The notes under the pieces: model-generated | What the model was told of the DNA's origin: nothing | What the model saw: only the letters and a program-made list of their open reading frames with translations | Databases searched by the model: none | Source of the DNA: Botryllus schlosseri | Lineage: Eukaryota | Length of the DNA stretch: 64,000 nucleotides | Direction of reading: 5' to 3' | Assembly: GCA_051294905.1 (NCBI GenBank) | Contig: CM119382.1 | Coordinates: forward strand, 21,762,001 to 21,826,000 | Program-made: the position numbers and the translations under genes | Part shown: in pieces, positions 11,796-22,689 of the stretch | Numbering within the stretch: the first letter of the stretch is position 1 | Layout of the letters: every line of letters begins with the position of its first letter

Positions 11796-13337
11796 GTTAC
11801 TACCGCGAACTAGAAGGTCAATCACGACGACGGGCAACTACTCCCAATTGGCGGAATACTGTCTGATTCATCTGTATAATCAGGTTTAGCACCACAAGAA
11901 GTATATTAGTAGTTTATGATTGAATACAATCTTATCCATCAAACACCAAACAAATAACACTCATTCAAAAGTCACTTGACAAAATGTATCAACCCCCGTA
12001 TATTAATCGACGTTGTCAACTGGTTTGCGTTGTCTAATTTACTTTCTGCATCCACTTCACTGCTCCACACCAGGTGTATACTCGAGTAAACATATTTATT
12101 TAGGCGTATAGCACGCAGTGGGGTCCCTATGGATCACGTTTCAACACTGTATTGGTGGGTACCCAAAAAGCCTTCATAGGCGGTCATGTGACGTTGAAGG
12201 AATAACGAAATGGCACGTTAGCGCATGTGTTTTCACAGATCATCGGCTTACCTATGAGCAAAGGCGACGTTTGCCATATAGAGGGTGCGGTAAACGATCG
12301 GTTACGGTCCGGAATGAGATGTGGTAAACGTATATTGTGCTGAACGCATCAAATTTGTCCCCATGTCTATTTATGACCAGACTCGATGATAACAAACATT
12401 CAAAGGCATGAAAGCACGTACGCAAGTGACTTTGTGAATTTCCGCTTTAGTAAGTTTGCCAAAGCCATGAGGTCTTGCAAATAGGCCAGGCGTCAATTTC
12501 TATATTCTACACATGACCGAGTGATCACTATTACGACGTTTGGCATTGGTACTCCAAACAGTGAGATAGACTGATGCTAACAGAGGTCTTGGAAGGCCAA
12601 GAACCGCAACTGAGCAACACCGTTCAAAATGCTTCGTACCCCGCATCGTACCCGTGTCATTACAGCAGTTGGGTGACGTTGGTATTTTCGGGTCTATCGA
12701 ATACCTGTGAATGTCGGTGTGGCCATTAGATTTGTGTTTGCTAGTTATTGTTGCCTCCAGTCTTTGTCTGATGAATTAAGCCGCTCTCCATCACATTGTC
12801 AGTAGAAAGAATTAAGTTGCCGTATCGGTGTTATCGAAAACACCCCCCTTCGCAAGGTCACGTGTTTCGGTTGCCTAATGTACATTCGCTGGTCGAGAGT
12901 GTCTCATACTGAGTCGGCGGTGAATTGACGCAACAGTTTGACAATTCGATTTGTGTTTACTGGTACGCGTTGTTCTCTGTAATGTCGTTAGAAAACAACT
13001 TTATTGAACTGATGTCTCTGTCAATTTAGGGTATCGGGCTTATAGACCACTATGAAATCTTATTTAAGTATTGCACCGTGAGAGAGAAGCAGACATGGCG
13101 GTGCCTGTATAAAAATACTGTTCTCAAATCCACTTTGTCCTCGTTAATATCGGCGAGATACGGCTTTGCATTGACATTGCTGTTGTTAAAATACATTGAT
13201 TGAATACGATTTATTCCTGGCATATGCTGATCGGTGGTCGAATAATGTATCGATTCAGCAATTCGCACCACCGAGTACCTAATTATGCTATACACGCCCC
13301 GCGGGCTGCAGAAGTTGACCGCTCCTGGTATAACACA

Positions 13338-13345
13338 TATATAAA
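13338..13345 (+). promoter_or_regulatory. Candidate TATA box upstream of the right-arm IAP (mirror at 8698-8705)
   Basis: TATATAAA about 150 bp upstream of the ATG at 13494; position and sequence only. Confidence 0.3.
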
Positions 13346-13493
13346 TGGTGCAATAGCGACAGCCAACGGTTGTCAATCTCACATAAAAGTACAACCAACC
13401 AGTAATCGATAGAGCTCGCAAGGATAAACTAGGAATATATATGTGTGAGCTATGGTACAGGTTTAGACACAAAAAGCTCTGTCTTAGTACTCC

Positions 13494-14672
13494 ATGTTTA
13501 TGAAAGAGCTTGGCATATCGTCAATGGAGAGATACTCTGATCCGCCCGGACAGAAACGAGTGTATATCGCTTCCGGTTCACACCGCACTGAATTATACAG
13601 ACTCGCCACGTTCGCCAAATTCTCTAAAGTATCATACGCAACACGCACCGATTTAGCGTCTGAGGGATACTACTGGCTAGGATTTGAAGACAAAATCAAA
13701 TGCTTTGGGTGCAGTGCGTACCTCGAAAGATGGACCGGGTCGAGTGCACGGCGTCATGACGCGAATTGTGTACGAGACGCGTTGAACATACCTATTGTGA
13801 AATCGAATTTCAAAAGTTTACTGAGACAGTTTAAAGCCGCTGGAAACGCCAACATCAACTTTGCGAATATCGTTGATCAAGAGCACGAGTATCGGGTTAG
13901 GAATCTCGACTTGCGAAAGGAGTCGAAGCGTCGCGAAACCTTTGAGAAATGGCCCAGCTATCCCATACCACGGGCGGTCGGCGAGTTGGCAAAACAAGGT
14001 TTATTCTACCTCGGTGACCTGGACAGAACGCAGTGCTTCAAATGCTCCGGCGTTCTACGCAATTGGAGGCCTACAGACGATATATCTGAAATACACTTGA
14101 CGTATCGCCCGGATTGTTGTTTCGCACGTGGCGACGATTCGGGGAATTTGGCGTTAACCGAGTACGAACGAGACAATTTGGATAAGTTGCTTGACGACAA
14201 AATACGACGCCTCACTTTACATCTGCAAGAACCAGAGGAACCCTCCGAGGACGAAAAGCGATGTCTTGAGCAACTATTTCCTTGTCTTAAACCCGTGAAC
14301 CCTCTCATGTCGTCGTTGTCAAAAAGAATCGCAACGTTCGACAAGGGCTGGGAACCGAATAAAATTAGAGCTAGTGTTGAACAGTTAGCAAAAGCGGGGT
14401 TTTACTACGTTGATTCGGACAGAACCAAATGCTTTTACTGTGACGGCGGGCTTCGTTGGGACCGTGAAGACGAGGTTTGGACAGAACATGCAAAATGGTT
14501 TCCGCAGTGTGAATACGTACTCCGAACGAAAGGTATCGAGTTTGCGCAACGTATCGAAAAGACACACCCGAATCTCAATCGCCCTGTGATTAGAAACCCC
14601 ATAACCAGGCAAGAGTTGATCAAACGTCAAAAATTGATCTGCGGAAACGTCAGTCGTGTGATCGGGCTATGA
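13494..14672 (+). CDS. iap: Inhibitor of apoptosis protein, 3 BIR domains, no RING, intronless (392 aa), right-arm copy
   Basis: Same ORF as 7371-8549. Two differences found: 14602 (Lys/Ile) and 14210 (synonymous Arg). Confidence 0.95.
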   Translation: MFMKELGISSMERYSDPPGQKRVYIASGSHRTELYRLATFAKFSKVSYATRTDLASEGYYWLGFEDKIKCFGCSAYLERWTGSSARRHDANCVRDALNIPIVKSNFKSLLRQFKAAGNANINFANIVDQEHEYRVRNLDLRKESKRRETFEKWPSYPIPRAVGELAKQGLFYLGDLDRTQCFKCSGVLRNWRPTDDISEIHLTYRPDCCFARGDDSGNLALTEYERDNLDKLLDDKIRRLTLHLQEPEEPSEDEKRCLEQLFPCLKPVNPLMSSLSKRIATFDKGWEPNKIRASVEQLAKAGFYYVDSDRTKCFYCDGGLRWDREDEVWTEHAKWFPQCEYVLRTKGIEFAQRIEKTHPNLNRPVIRNPITRQELIKRQKLICGNVSRVIGL

Positions 14673-17630
14673 GTTGAATAGTGGCGATAAAACGATTGTA
14701 GTGTATCGACACCTATTTACGAGACTTGTGTAACTGTGACTTTTGTGCTGATAAAACTATCGACAAATGAGATTGGATTTCGTGAATTGTAAAATTATTT
14801 GGGCAATAAGAAGATGACGGGGGCGCAGTTGCTTACTAGGAGAGTCAGTCGGTGTGAATAAGCAGGCGCGTGGTCAGCAACGAAATACAGTCACTATCTC
14901 TGAGGTACTCGAGTCAGTTTTGTCTACTATCACAGTTACCAACGTGCTTGAGCTCGACAGTTTTATGGGGACCTACTCTTTTATAATTAGGATAGAAAGC
15001 GATATCACGATACTGACATTCCCTTAAAACTACTTGAGTACTCCAAAACCATATTTTGTCATTCCGTTTGAAGTAAATGTAGCATGTGTTGTAAATCGCT
15101 CCAGCTATCTCGATAACCTCGCCAGAATGCGTAGTCTCGTCTGGATCTGCAGTGCTCAGCACATTGTGTATACACAGAGAGGGACTGCAGTGGCGACTTG
15201 CGTCAGTCGAGTAGCGGACGATGTCGATTTCACACGCGTTCCAAAGTACATTTTGTGAGAATGATGTACCACCACCTCGGCTATTCCCGGTACGACATGG
15301 GATCATTTGGCTGTACTAAGGTGGGTATACCCCGTCATGGTCGAGTGCGCTCGATCTTTTTTCATGTAACGGTAGTTTGGGGCGCTTTTACTATTCACAT
15401 GTTTACACACGCCCACGTATCCACGTAATAGCCTGCACAATACCATCATAGGGTCATTTTTCCGATTTGGCTACGTAAATACCCGACTTTTCGTAATCTA
15501 GGCCCACATTTTGCGTTACTCGTGGTGTTTTTTTGGAAATGTTGAGCTAACAAGGAGGACAAACTGACAGAAAGAGAGTACATTTAGGTGAATTGGGTGA
15601 CATATCTGGGAAATGGAGGACATATGCTCCCCTAAATGAGGCCGCATGGTAACCCTATTAAAATAGGAGGGTCGACGGGGACATCAAATATATCGCACTG
15701 TGTTGCTGTCAACCCGAAAACGCGAGTTTTGTCAAGTCGCAGATTGATGACTGACAGCGATTGTGTCACGCTCGATTGATCACAGCTGATTTACGTACAT
15801 CACACCGCATCGTTGACCGTTGACCGCATGTTGACCGGTAAAGTTATTGTCATCGTTGTGTGATTTTTACCAATATACTCCTTGAGGTGCCAAATCTGAT
15901 CGCACTAATAACACCTGTACAGACGAACCAAACAGAATTCCGCCAAAGGGTCGATACCAAGTCTCCTTGTACGTAAATTATTATACAACGACACCTATAT
16001 TACAGCAGAACAATCTTGTCTGGCCGGAGGAGGTCACGAAACATCTCCGGACCCGGCCCAGATTTCATCAGTTTTCAGCGAAGCCAGTCTGGATGCAGCC
16101 AAATGGCCTTGAGAGTCGGATTTATGCTATATTTTACCCTCACAACATGTGGAAATAACAGGACTTTACGAGCCAGCCGGATTTTTTGGACTTTGATTTA
16201 GCAACCCGAGTCCGGGTGGAGTCAGATTTCGAAATCTCCCCGCTCATCTTTACACCTCACCGAAAGCAGGCTAGATTGCATCACGTGATCTGGCACAATT
16301 CATCCTCATTATTGCACCACCGCATACAAAGTTTCGCTGTACGCAAATTAATGTACAACGACACTCCCCTTACAGCAGTGCCTTTGAGAGTTGGATTTAT
16401 GTTACATTTTACCCAGCCTAATATATGGAGAAACCAGTACTTTACGTGCCAGTCGGATTTTTGGTCTTTGATTTTGCAATCCTATAGTCGCAGTGGATTC
16501 CGATTTCGAAATCTCCCCCTCTACTTTACACCTCACCTCAGGCTATAGATCGCATAACGTATGATCTACCACAATTCATTGTCATTATTGCACCACCGAG
16601 CGCGTTTCAGCCAAATAAGGTCAGCCCACTGATCCCAACGGGTCATTGTTATGGCAATTGTGTTGCGGTTACCCGATTGTTCTAAACAATGCCGATATTT
16701 CAGACTTGGAGGACATATTCTAGGTGGATCAGCACACGATCAATATTTTAATTTATATTTTCGGAATCGGTGCAACAGTAGCTTTCGATCAAGACCAGAT
16801 TCAATAATTTCTGCGCTCGGGAAGATTGCTTTTGGGTTGCCAGAAATCCTACAGTCGCTTACGCAAAACAATTCTTCATTCCAGCCCCGGCGAAGCGGAG
16901 CGAAGCTGCAAAATTGATCGTTGCCATTCCATGTTTAATTTCTATAGTAACACTCTGTCGAGTCAATATATCCGTAGTATGATCCTGCAGATATGCTCGG
17001 CGGTGTTGGCATAACATGTGTTGAGGATATGTTACGGCACACACGAGCACAACTGATTGTCTGCAGCGAAATTAGTCGAATTCGAACGACAGTGCGTGGC
17101 TGCCGAAGCAATAGTTCCTTAGCATGATATTGTAAATATGCTTGGAGGTGTTGGCATAACAAGTGTTAAGGATATGTTACAGTACACGCGAACACAACTG
17201 ATTGTCTATAGCGAAATGAGTCGCTCTCGACCGACAAGTGCGTGGTGAGCTCGCGATCGATCGTACAGACGGGTAAAGCATTAGTTCGCCAACTGATCGA
17301 TTCAAGTTGTACCTCGTGTACATTATACAGCATACAAAAATAATATGCCGCGGTAAATTGTATATCATTTACAAGCACCGGCACGATTACGCTTGACCAG
17401 ACGTGAAGCAGTAAAAGAACCCATCATAAATACATTGTTTGGTTGGGACTGTCTGTCCTTATGAAGACGCTAGAACGCGGTATAGGTATGGAACAGCCAC
17501 ATTTGTTGCTTGCACCGAATACTAGGTACGTAATACTGGGGGTTAACACGTTGATGCGAGCAAAATTGAGAATCAGCTATTTGTTTAATTACTTATTATA
17601 TTCATAATGTTACTTTATTTAAGCTAATCT

Positions 17631-18020
17631 ATGTCGGGTCGCTTGATACAAATTTCTACTAGGACATTCATTCTGATTCTCGGTATGACTCGAAATGACA
17701 CACATATTTATAATAATAACAGATCATTTCTCGTTACTGTCTGGTTTGACAACAAAGCAAGCGGGTTCAAGTACGACAGTATGAGACAGACCACAAGCGT
17801 CACCTTGCACAGCCGAACGTATGGACACCTAAAACACGCACCAGGATCTCACAGATCAGAAGAAAACTATACTTACGTCACGACCGACAATTATTCCTAT
17901 GACCCACCGTACACGAAAATGAATCAACCGCGGAACAACAAGTCAACCAGTTTTACGGGTTATTGTTCCCAAGCCACGAAATTGGACCACGGAACAACAG
18001 GTCAGGGCAAGCAACTATGA
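17631..18020 (+). CDS. Hypothetical 129-aa subterminal ORF, right-arm copy
   Basis: Mirror of 4028-4411 with two extra codons (TTC AAG). No recognisable domain. Confidence 0.3.
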   Translation: MSGRLIQISTRTFILILGMTRNDTHIYNNNRSFLVTVWFDNKASGFKYDSMRQTTSVTLHSRTYGHLKHAPGSHRSEENYTYVTTDNYSYDPPYTKMNQPRNNKSTSFTGYCSQATKLDHGTTGQGKQL

Positions 18021-18356
18021 TCACCGTCGTGTACGACCGAAGTCAGCTGTGAATCGTGGAAAAATACAGTAAAATTACAATGTATTATAATCAGGAGGCG
18101 AGTGGAAAAGTACAAGGAGAAGTACTCCAGTCTCATGTCTGAGTACAAAGGTCAATCCAGATTCTTTGTTCGTTTTCTCTCTATCTGTAATTATTCCCCC
18201 TTTTTTAATTGCCGCACAGTCAGAAGGGAATTCCCCTCCAGTATTGCTGCAAAACTGAGAATGAGCTAATTCCTTCACTGTTTATTATATTGATAATTTT
18301 TGTTTGTTTAAGTAAATAGGGTGCATGCGGGCAAATCGCCCATTACTCATACTACT

Positions 18357-18362
18357 AGCATT
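18357..18362. repeat. Right target-site duplication AGCATT
   Basis: Identical to 3686-3691. Confidence 0.95.
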
Positions 18363-18560
18363 TTACCATCGCCGTCTCCATATTTGGCGAAATTGAAATG
18401 AGATTGGAATCGGCTGATAGGTTATCGTATCATATATATGTAGACTAGCGGCTGGAATCCGTCCTCTGAAAATCTAAGTAATGGATATGATATGGCGGTT
18501 GTAAAAGGCTGGTGGCTTCAATTGTGCGATTTTTTGCATTTCTTTCAAAGCTAACGAGTC
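18357..18560 (-). pseudogene. 5' portion of the same UST/HS2ST-like sulfotransferase pseudogene
   Basis: Minus strand reads LKEMQKIAQLKPPAFYNRH / IHYLDFSEDGFQPLVYIYMIR*PISRFQSHFNFAKYGDGDGK, matching the family segment RHVHFLNF..QPVYINIIRDP..RF.S.Y.F..FGD. Lesions: 5-bp duplication GATAT at 18484-18493 and TAA at 18422-18424. Confidence 0.8.
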
Positions 18561-18804
18561 AACCGGACTCGTTCTGCAGTGATAAGCAAGCATATCAGTA
18601 TCTCGGATTCGGTTGCGACAAGTTAGACTGCTCGAGTGTAAACGCAAAGTCATTGCCGCAGTCTCGATCAGATACCATGACAGTTACGTCGCCCCGATGC
18701 CCATTCATGTATTTATGGAATGGGCTTTTAAGTTGCTTTACTGAGCGAGCCATAGTGTCTTCTCAGTAAGTTGAGTCCGTACTTGACCGCATGAGTGTAC
18801 AATA

Positions 18805-19752
18805 CAGTGCTGGGATGACTCGAGTCATGACTTGACTCGAGTCAGACTCGAGTTACCTTTTTTGTATGACTTGACTTGACTCGAGTCAATTTGCTAAAAT
18901 GACTTGACTTGACTTGACTCGGCGTATCAGAAATGTCGATTGATTCGTGACTCGGAGTAAAATTGAAGAGTCAATTTCAAGTCATCAAGTAATCGGTGTG
19001 GACAAAAATTACCCAATCTTGTATATGTTCGGATTGTTCGCGGAACGCTGGTGTAACCCGTGATATCGACCAATCATTCAATGATCGTGCGTTTTACTGA
19101 GCCTCCATTGTTCTCTCTCAAATAAATTGACAGCAAACGAAGTGATCGAAGCTACAGTGTACATTGTCGTAAACTAGTATAGTAAAGTAATTTGAGAGCA
19201 AAATGTCTATTTCTGTTCTCTGTTCTTACCTTAACCAAGCCTTTTGTTTTATTGAAATAGAATTCGAATATAGTTTTTGAAGTCCTCAACCATTAGCACA
19301 GCTCGAATTGCATCATATTAGTTTGTAAATGGGTAATGAATTGCAACTATTAACAACTGGTAACTATAAACTGATGAGGCTATGAAATTACTTACGTAGC
19401 TCCGCAGTTCTAGGTAAATGTGAGCGATACAGCGCCTTCTTACGTGTATAATAAACTCTATATTCGTTCATCGGTTCAAAATCAATGACCACCCAATCTG
19501 TATTTCCGACAGCTAGCAAAATGCAATGACGTAATCATGCCTCAGACTTCAAAAAGGCAACTTGACTTGAATTGTGACTTGACTCTTGACTTGACTTGAC
19601 TCGACGTGACTCGAGTAACCTTCAAAAATCGAGTGACTTGACTCGACTCGAGTCACCTTCAAAAATCGATTGACTTGACTTGACTCGAGTCAAAATTTGC
19701 AATGACTCGAAATGACTCGTGATTCGAAAGTAGTGACTTGATCCCATCACTG
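18805..19752. mobile_element. hAT-type MITE, family A (GACTTGACTCGAGTC subterminal arrays)
   Basis: TIR CAGTGCTGGGAT...ATCCCATCACTG; exact 8-bp TSD GTACAATA. Confidence 0.92.
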
Positions 19753-20470
19753 GTACAATATACATTGTACCTCGTTAGGTGACCGCTCTATGCGAAGGAA
19801 AGCGGTATATATAGGTTGTGGGTATCCGACAATGAAAGTAAAACGGGAATCAAACAGTAAGAAAGCCTTATCTTGCCGGATGGTTACGTGTATATTGATA
19901 ATAACAGCTCATATCTAATTTCACCATTTCTCCTGAATCAGTTAAAAACGGAATATCTGCGTGAAAAGCATATTTAGGCAAAGTTAAAACCAAACTATAT
20001 TTAATATTTTCCGATTTATTTGATATGATAGTGACAGTAAACATACAAAAGTTTAATTAGTCTGCCGATATGAATTAATAAATTGATTCGCTATGAATGT
20101 TACTATATCAGAAAATTCGTTTCGCGTCTGTGACTAATAAATCTAACAGACTAAGGGGTGTAAGTAACGGGTTAGATGAAAGTTACTGCCAGGGGGGAGA
20201 GAAAATCCTTTATTGAATCAACATCGATTATGGAGGTTTTTTGAAATATATACAGCTGTTTTCAAATCTTCCTCGCGTCCCGCGCGATTCAATGTCCATA
20301 AATGTTTTGATTTAAACAGGGACACCTATCCTCTAAGAAAAAATAAGGCAAAATTCATGGAGATAGGTATATAATCGCCGTTCATTTCGACGCCACAACA
20401 TCAATACATGTGAAGTGTGCGCAGACGCGCAACTCCACGAAGTGCGTTGCCGAAAATCGTGGCCGAATAG

Positions 20471-21032
20471 GATCGCCGCATGATGACCGAAGCCGTCGAT
20501 GTACAGGCGTCCAATTGTCTTTTGTCCACGGGGTGCCTAAATAACATGCGCCGAATATTACTGTCCTTACAATTTGCACCCAACAGGACAAATGTTAAGC
20601 ACCCGCAGAGAAAAATTATGCCTATCGTGAAAAATGCCGGAAGAAGTTTTTCTTTCAGCTTTGTCCGTGCGATTTGGCGATTCCAATATCTTTTTTATAT
20701 ATAGCAGACGGGGAAGCCAGGACAAAAAAGCATACAACAAAGTTATTTTTAACGATCGCCGCATGAAGACCGAAGCCGTCGATGTATAGGCGTCCAATTG
20801 TCGTTTGTCCACGGGTTGCCTGAATTACGGGCGCCGAATATTTCTGTCCTTACAATCTGAACCCTACAGGACAAATGTTAAGTACTCGCAGATAAAAATT
20901 ATGCCCATCGTGAAAAAAGCCGGAGGAAGCTTTTCTTTCAGCTGTGTCCGTGCGATTTGGCGATTCCAATATATTTTGGATATAGCAGACGGGGAAGCCA
21001 GGACAAAACATCATACAACAAAGTTATTTTTG
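20471..21032. repeat. Tandem duplication, 2 x about 283 bp; diverged relative at about 38060-38280
   Basis: GATCGCCGCATGA.GACCGAAGCCGTCGATGTA at 20471 and 20754, collinear through both units. Confidence 0.85.
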
Positions 21033-21319
21033 ACCACGGCCCGACCAATGCTGTAGAGTTGGGATCGCGAAAACGCGGCCTGCACAAAAAGAAAAACGCG
21101 AAGTGAAGCATTTTGTTATGCTGAAATTGATTTCACGTTCACATTATTCTTGTTGCTGTTTAAAAATAAGTTATTCACCTGTTCAAACATCCCTATTCCT
21201 CATTAGCAGAAATGGCCCAGGCGATCGCAGTGGCAGTCCATCGAGGAAGAATCTGCTGATATGATTGGGCACTGGGCAGATGGCCTTAATCATTACAAAG
21301 CGCTTTGAAGCATTGGGCG

Positions 21320-21510
21320 GAGGAAGTGAGTGGCGCAGTGTGCTAAGCGACACCGCCACGACACCAATGGTTGCTGGTTCTAGTCTCGGCTCGGCCACGT
21401 TTCTATGTGTCGGAAATGTAGGCGGGCTCCCGCCGTAAATACAACGCCTCCTAAAGTCCAGATGAAGAGAGAGAAGAACTCGATAAAGCTGGCATCAGAG
21501 ACCGGAAAAA
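21320..21510 (+). mobile_element. tRNA-derived SINE (approximate ends)
   Basis: Box A-like TGGCGCAGTGTG and box B-like GGTTCTAGTCTC, followed by a non-tRNA tail. Confidence 0.55.
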
Positions 21511-22689
21511 TACGCAAGAAAGCGGAAAGACTTCAAAAAGACACGAACTTATGAAATTACGGTGCGGGCGCAAATGACCGAAGTGTTGATAAGCCCCAAT
21601 TGCGTCAATAAAACAATCAAACATTCTTGCGGTCCGCGGCCTCTACGAAGATTAAAAAGTGACCCGCGACCCCTGCTTTGTAGAGAACAAATTTTTCTTT
21701 CAAAGTCGTTTCCCGGCGTAATTTTTGGCTCAAATCGTGCAATAATTATATTGAAACATGCATTCTGTACAGCGGCTAAAAATTCCTGCGAAATATTCGA
21801 AAACCTTGTTTCTGAATTCTCTAGTATAAAGGCACTGTTATCGTTTTTAAAACCTTTTGGGTGTGAATGTACACTCTTTCAGCGGAGAGTGCGCAGTTGA
21901 CCCACGAGTAGAACGTTTGATAAACCACTAGGATGTTTTCGTTTATTTTCTACACCAAGTCAAGGTGAACCGCGAAATAGTGTGAAATGTCATTACCCAA
22001 GTCGTGCATTGATTTCGTCTGCGTAACGCGTTCTAATGGTCGTAAGATATGAATACCAGCATGAATGGTTTAATATTATTAGTACGATATAGCTTCAGAA
22101 ATTAGGTCGAAAACCTATTTTACTTAAAATATTAAATACGCTAAAAGCTGCATTTATGCTACTAAAGTTCGAATGGCATCCAACATAATGGTACTGTCCA
22201 ATGACGGGATGATTATCACGACAACGGATACCGTCGGAAAACTGAAACGTGGTCAGGCCGAGCGTATGAAAAAATAGTAATTGGACCCGAGCAATGTTCA
22301 AGAGGAGACTATGGTATTCAAATTATGTAACAGGACGGACAATGGATCGGGCTGGGTTGGATATCCGGCCAGATTTTCTCATTTTTGGCCGGAGCCGGAG
22401 CAGTAGTTTTTCTGATACTGACGGAGTCGGATCGGTACATTTTAGTAAGAATATGACAGTGTTATCCTCTTCCACTCTCGAATCAACGCGACGACATTGC
22501 CCAAAGTCAAAATATGATATATTTATGAAATTAGGCAATATTCAACCTAAAGTTAGCGTAAGTATAAATCATCAAAGTTTTTGGTGCAGAAACATTTTGG
22601 GAATTTGCAGACCAGTGTAATTTACCAGCAATCGTGTTGGAGATGGAAACCATCCAGTGACATCGGTTGAGCACTCATTCTATACCACG

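Larger units (their letters stand above)
3692..18356. mobile_element. Non-autonomous Maverick/Polinton-type element, 14,665 bp, almost wholly palindromic, carrying two IAP genes
   Basis: Termini 5'-AGTAGT...ACTACT-3', 6-bp TSD AGCATT, inverted arms of about 6.55 kb, and a host coding sequence interrupted exactly at these ends. No pPolB, INT, ATPase, PRO or capsid ORF visible, so the family call rests on the termini and TSD length. Confidence 0.85.
11796..18356 (-). repeat. Right arm of giant inverted repeat (6561 bp)
   Basis: Reverse complement of 3692-10247; about 27 substitutions and 2 indels spotted by eye (not exhaustive). Confidence 0.97.

Noticed and set aside
3692-18356. Palindrome as a sequencing or assembly fold-back artefact
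   Set aside because: The arms carry about 27 substitutions and two indels, there is a unique 1.5-kb loop, both ends have the same 6-bp TSD, and the flanks rejoin into one coding sequence. Long-read confirmation is still desirable.
3692-18356. Host segmental inverted duplication of an IAP locus
   Set aside because: Sharp AGTAGT/ACTACT ends, a TSD and an interrupted target gene indicate an integrated element.
18820-19740. GACTTGACTCGAGTC arrays as a CRISPR-like repeat (also 42460-43370, 46520-47400)
   Set aside because: No regular unique spacers; they are subterminal repeats of a MITE with TIRs and 8-bp TSDs in a eukaryotic genome. The SSQVKS-type ORFs there are artefacts.
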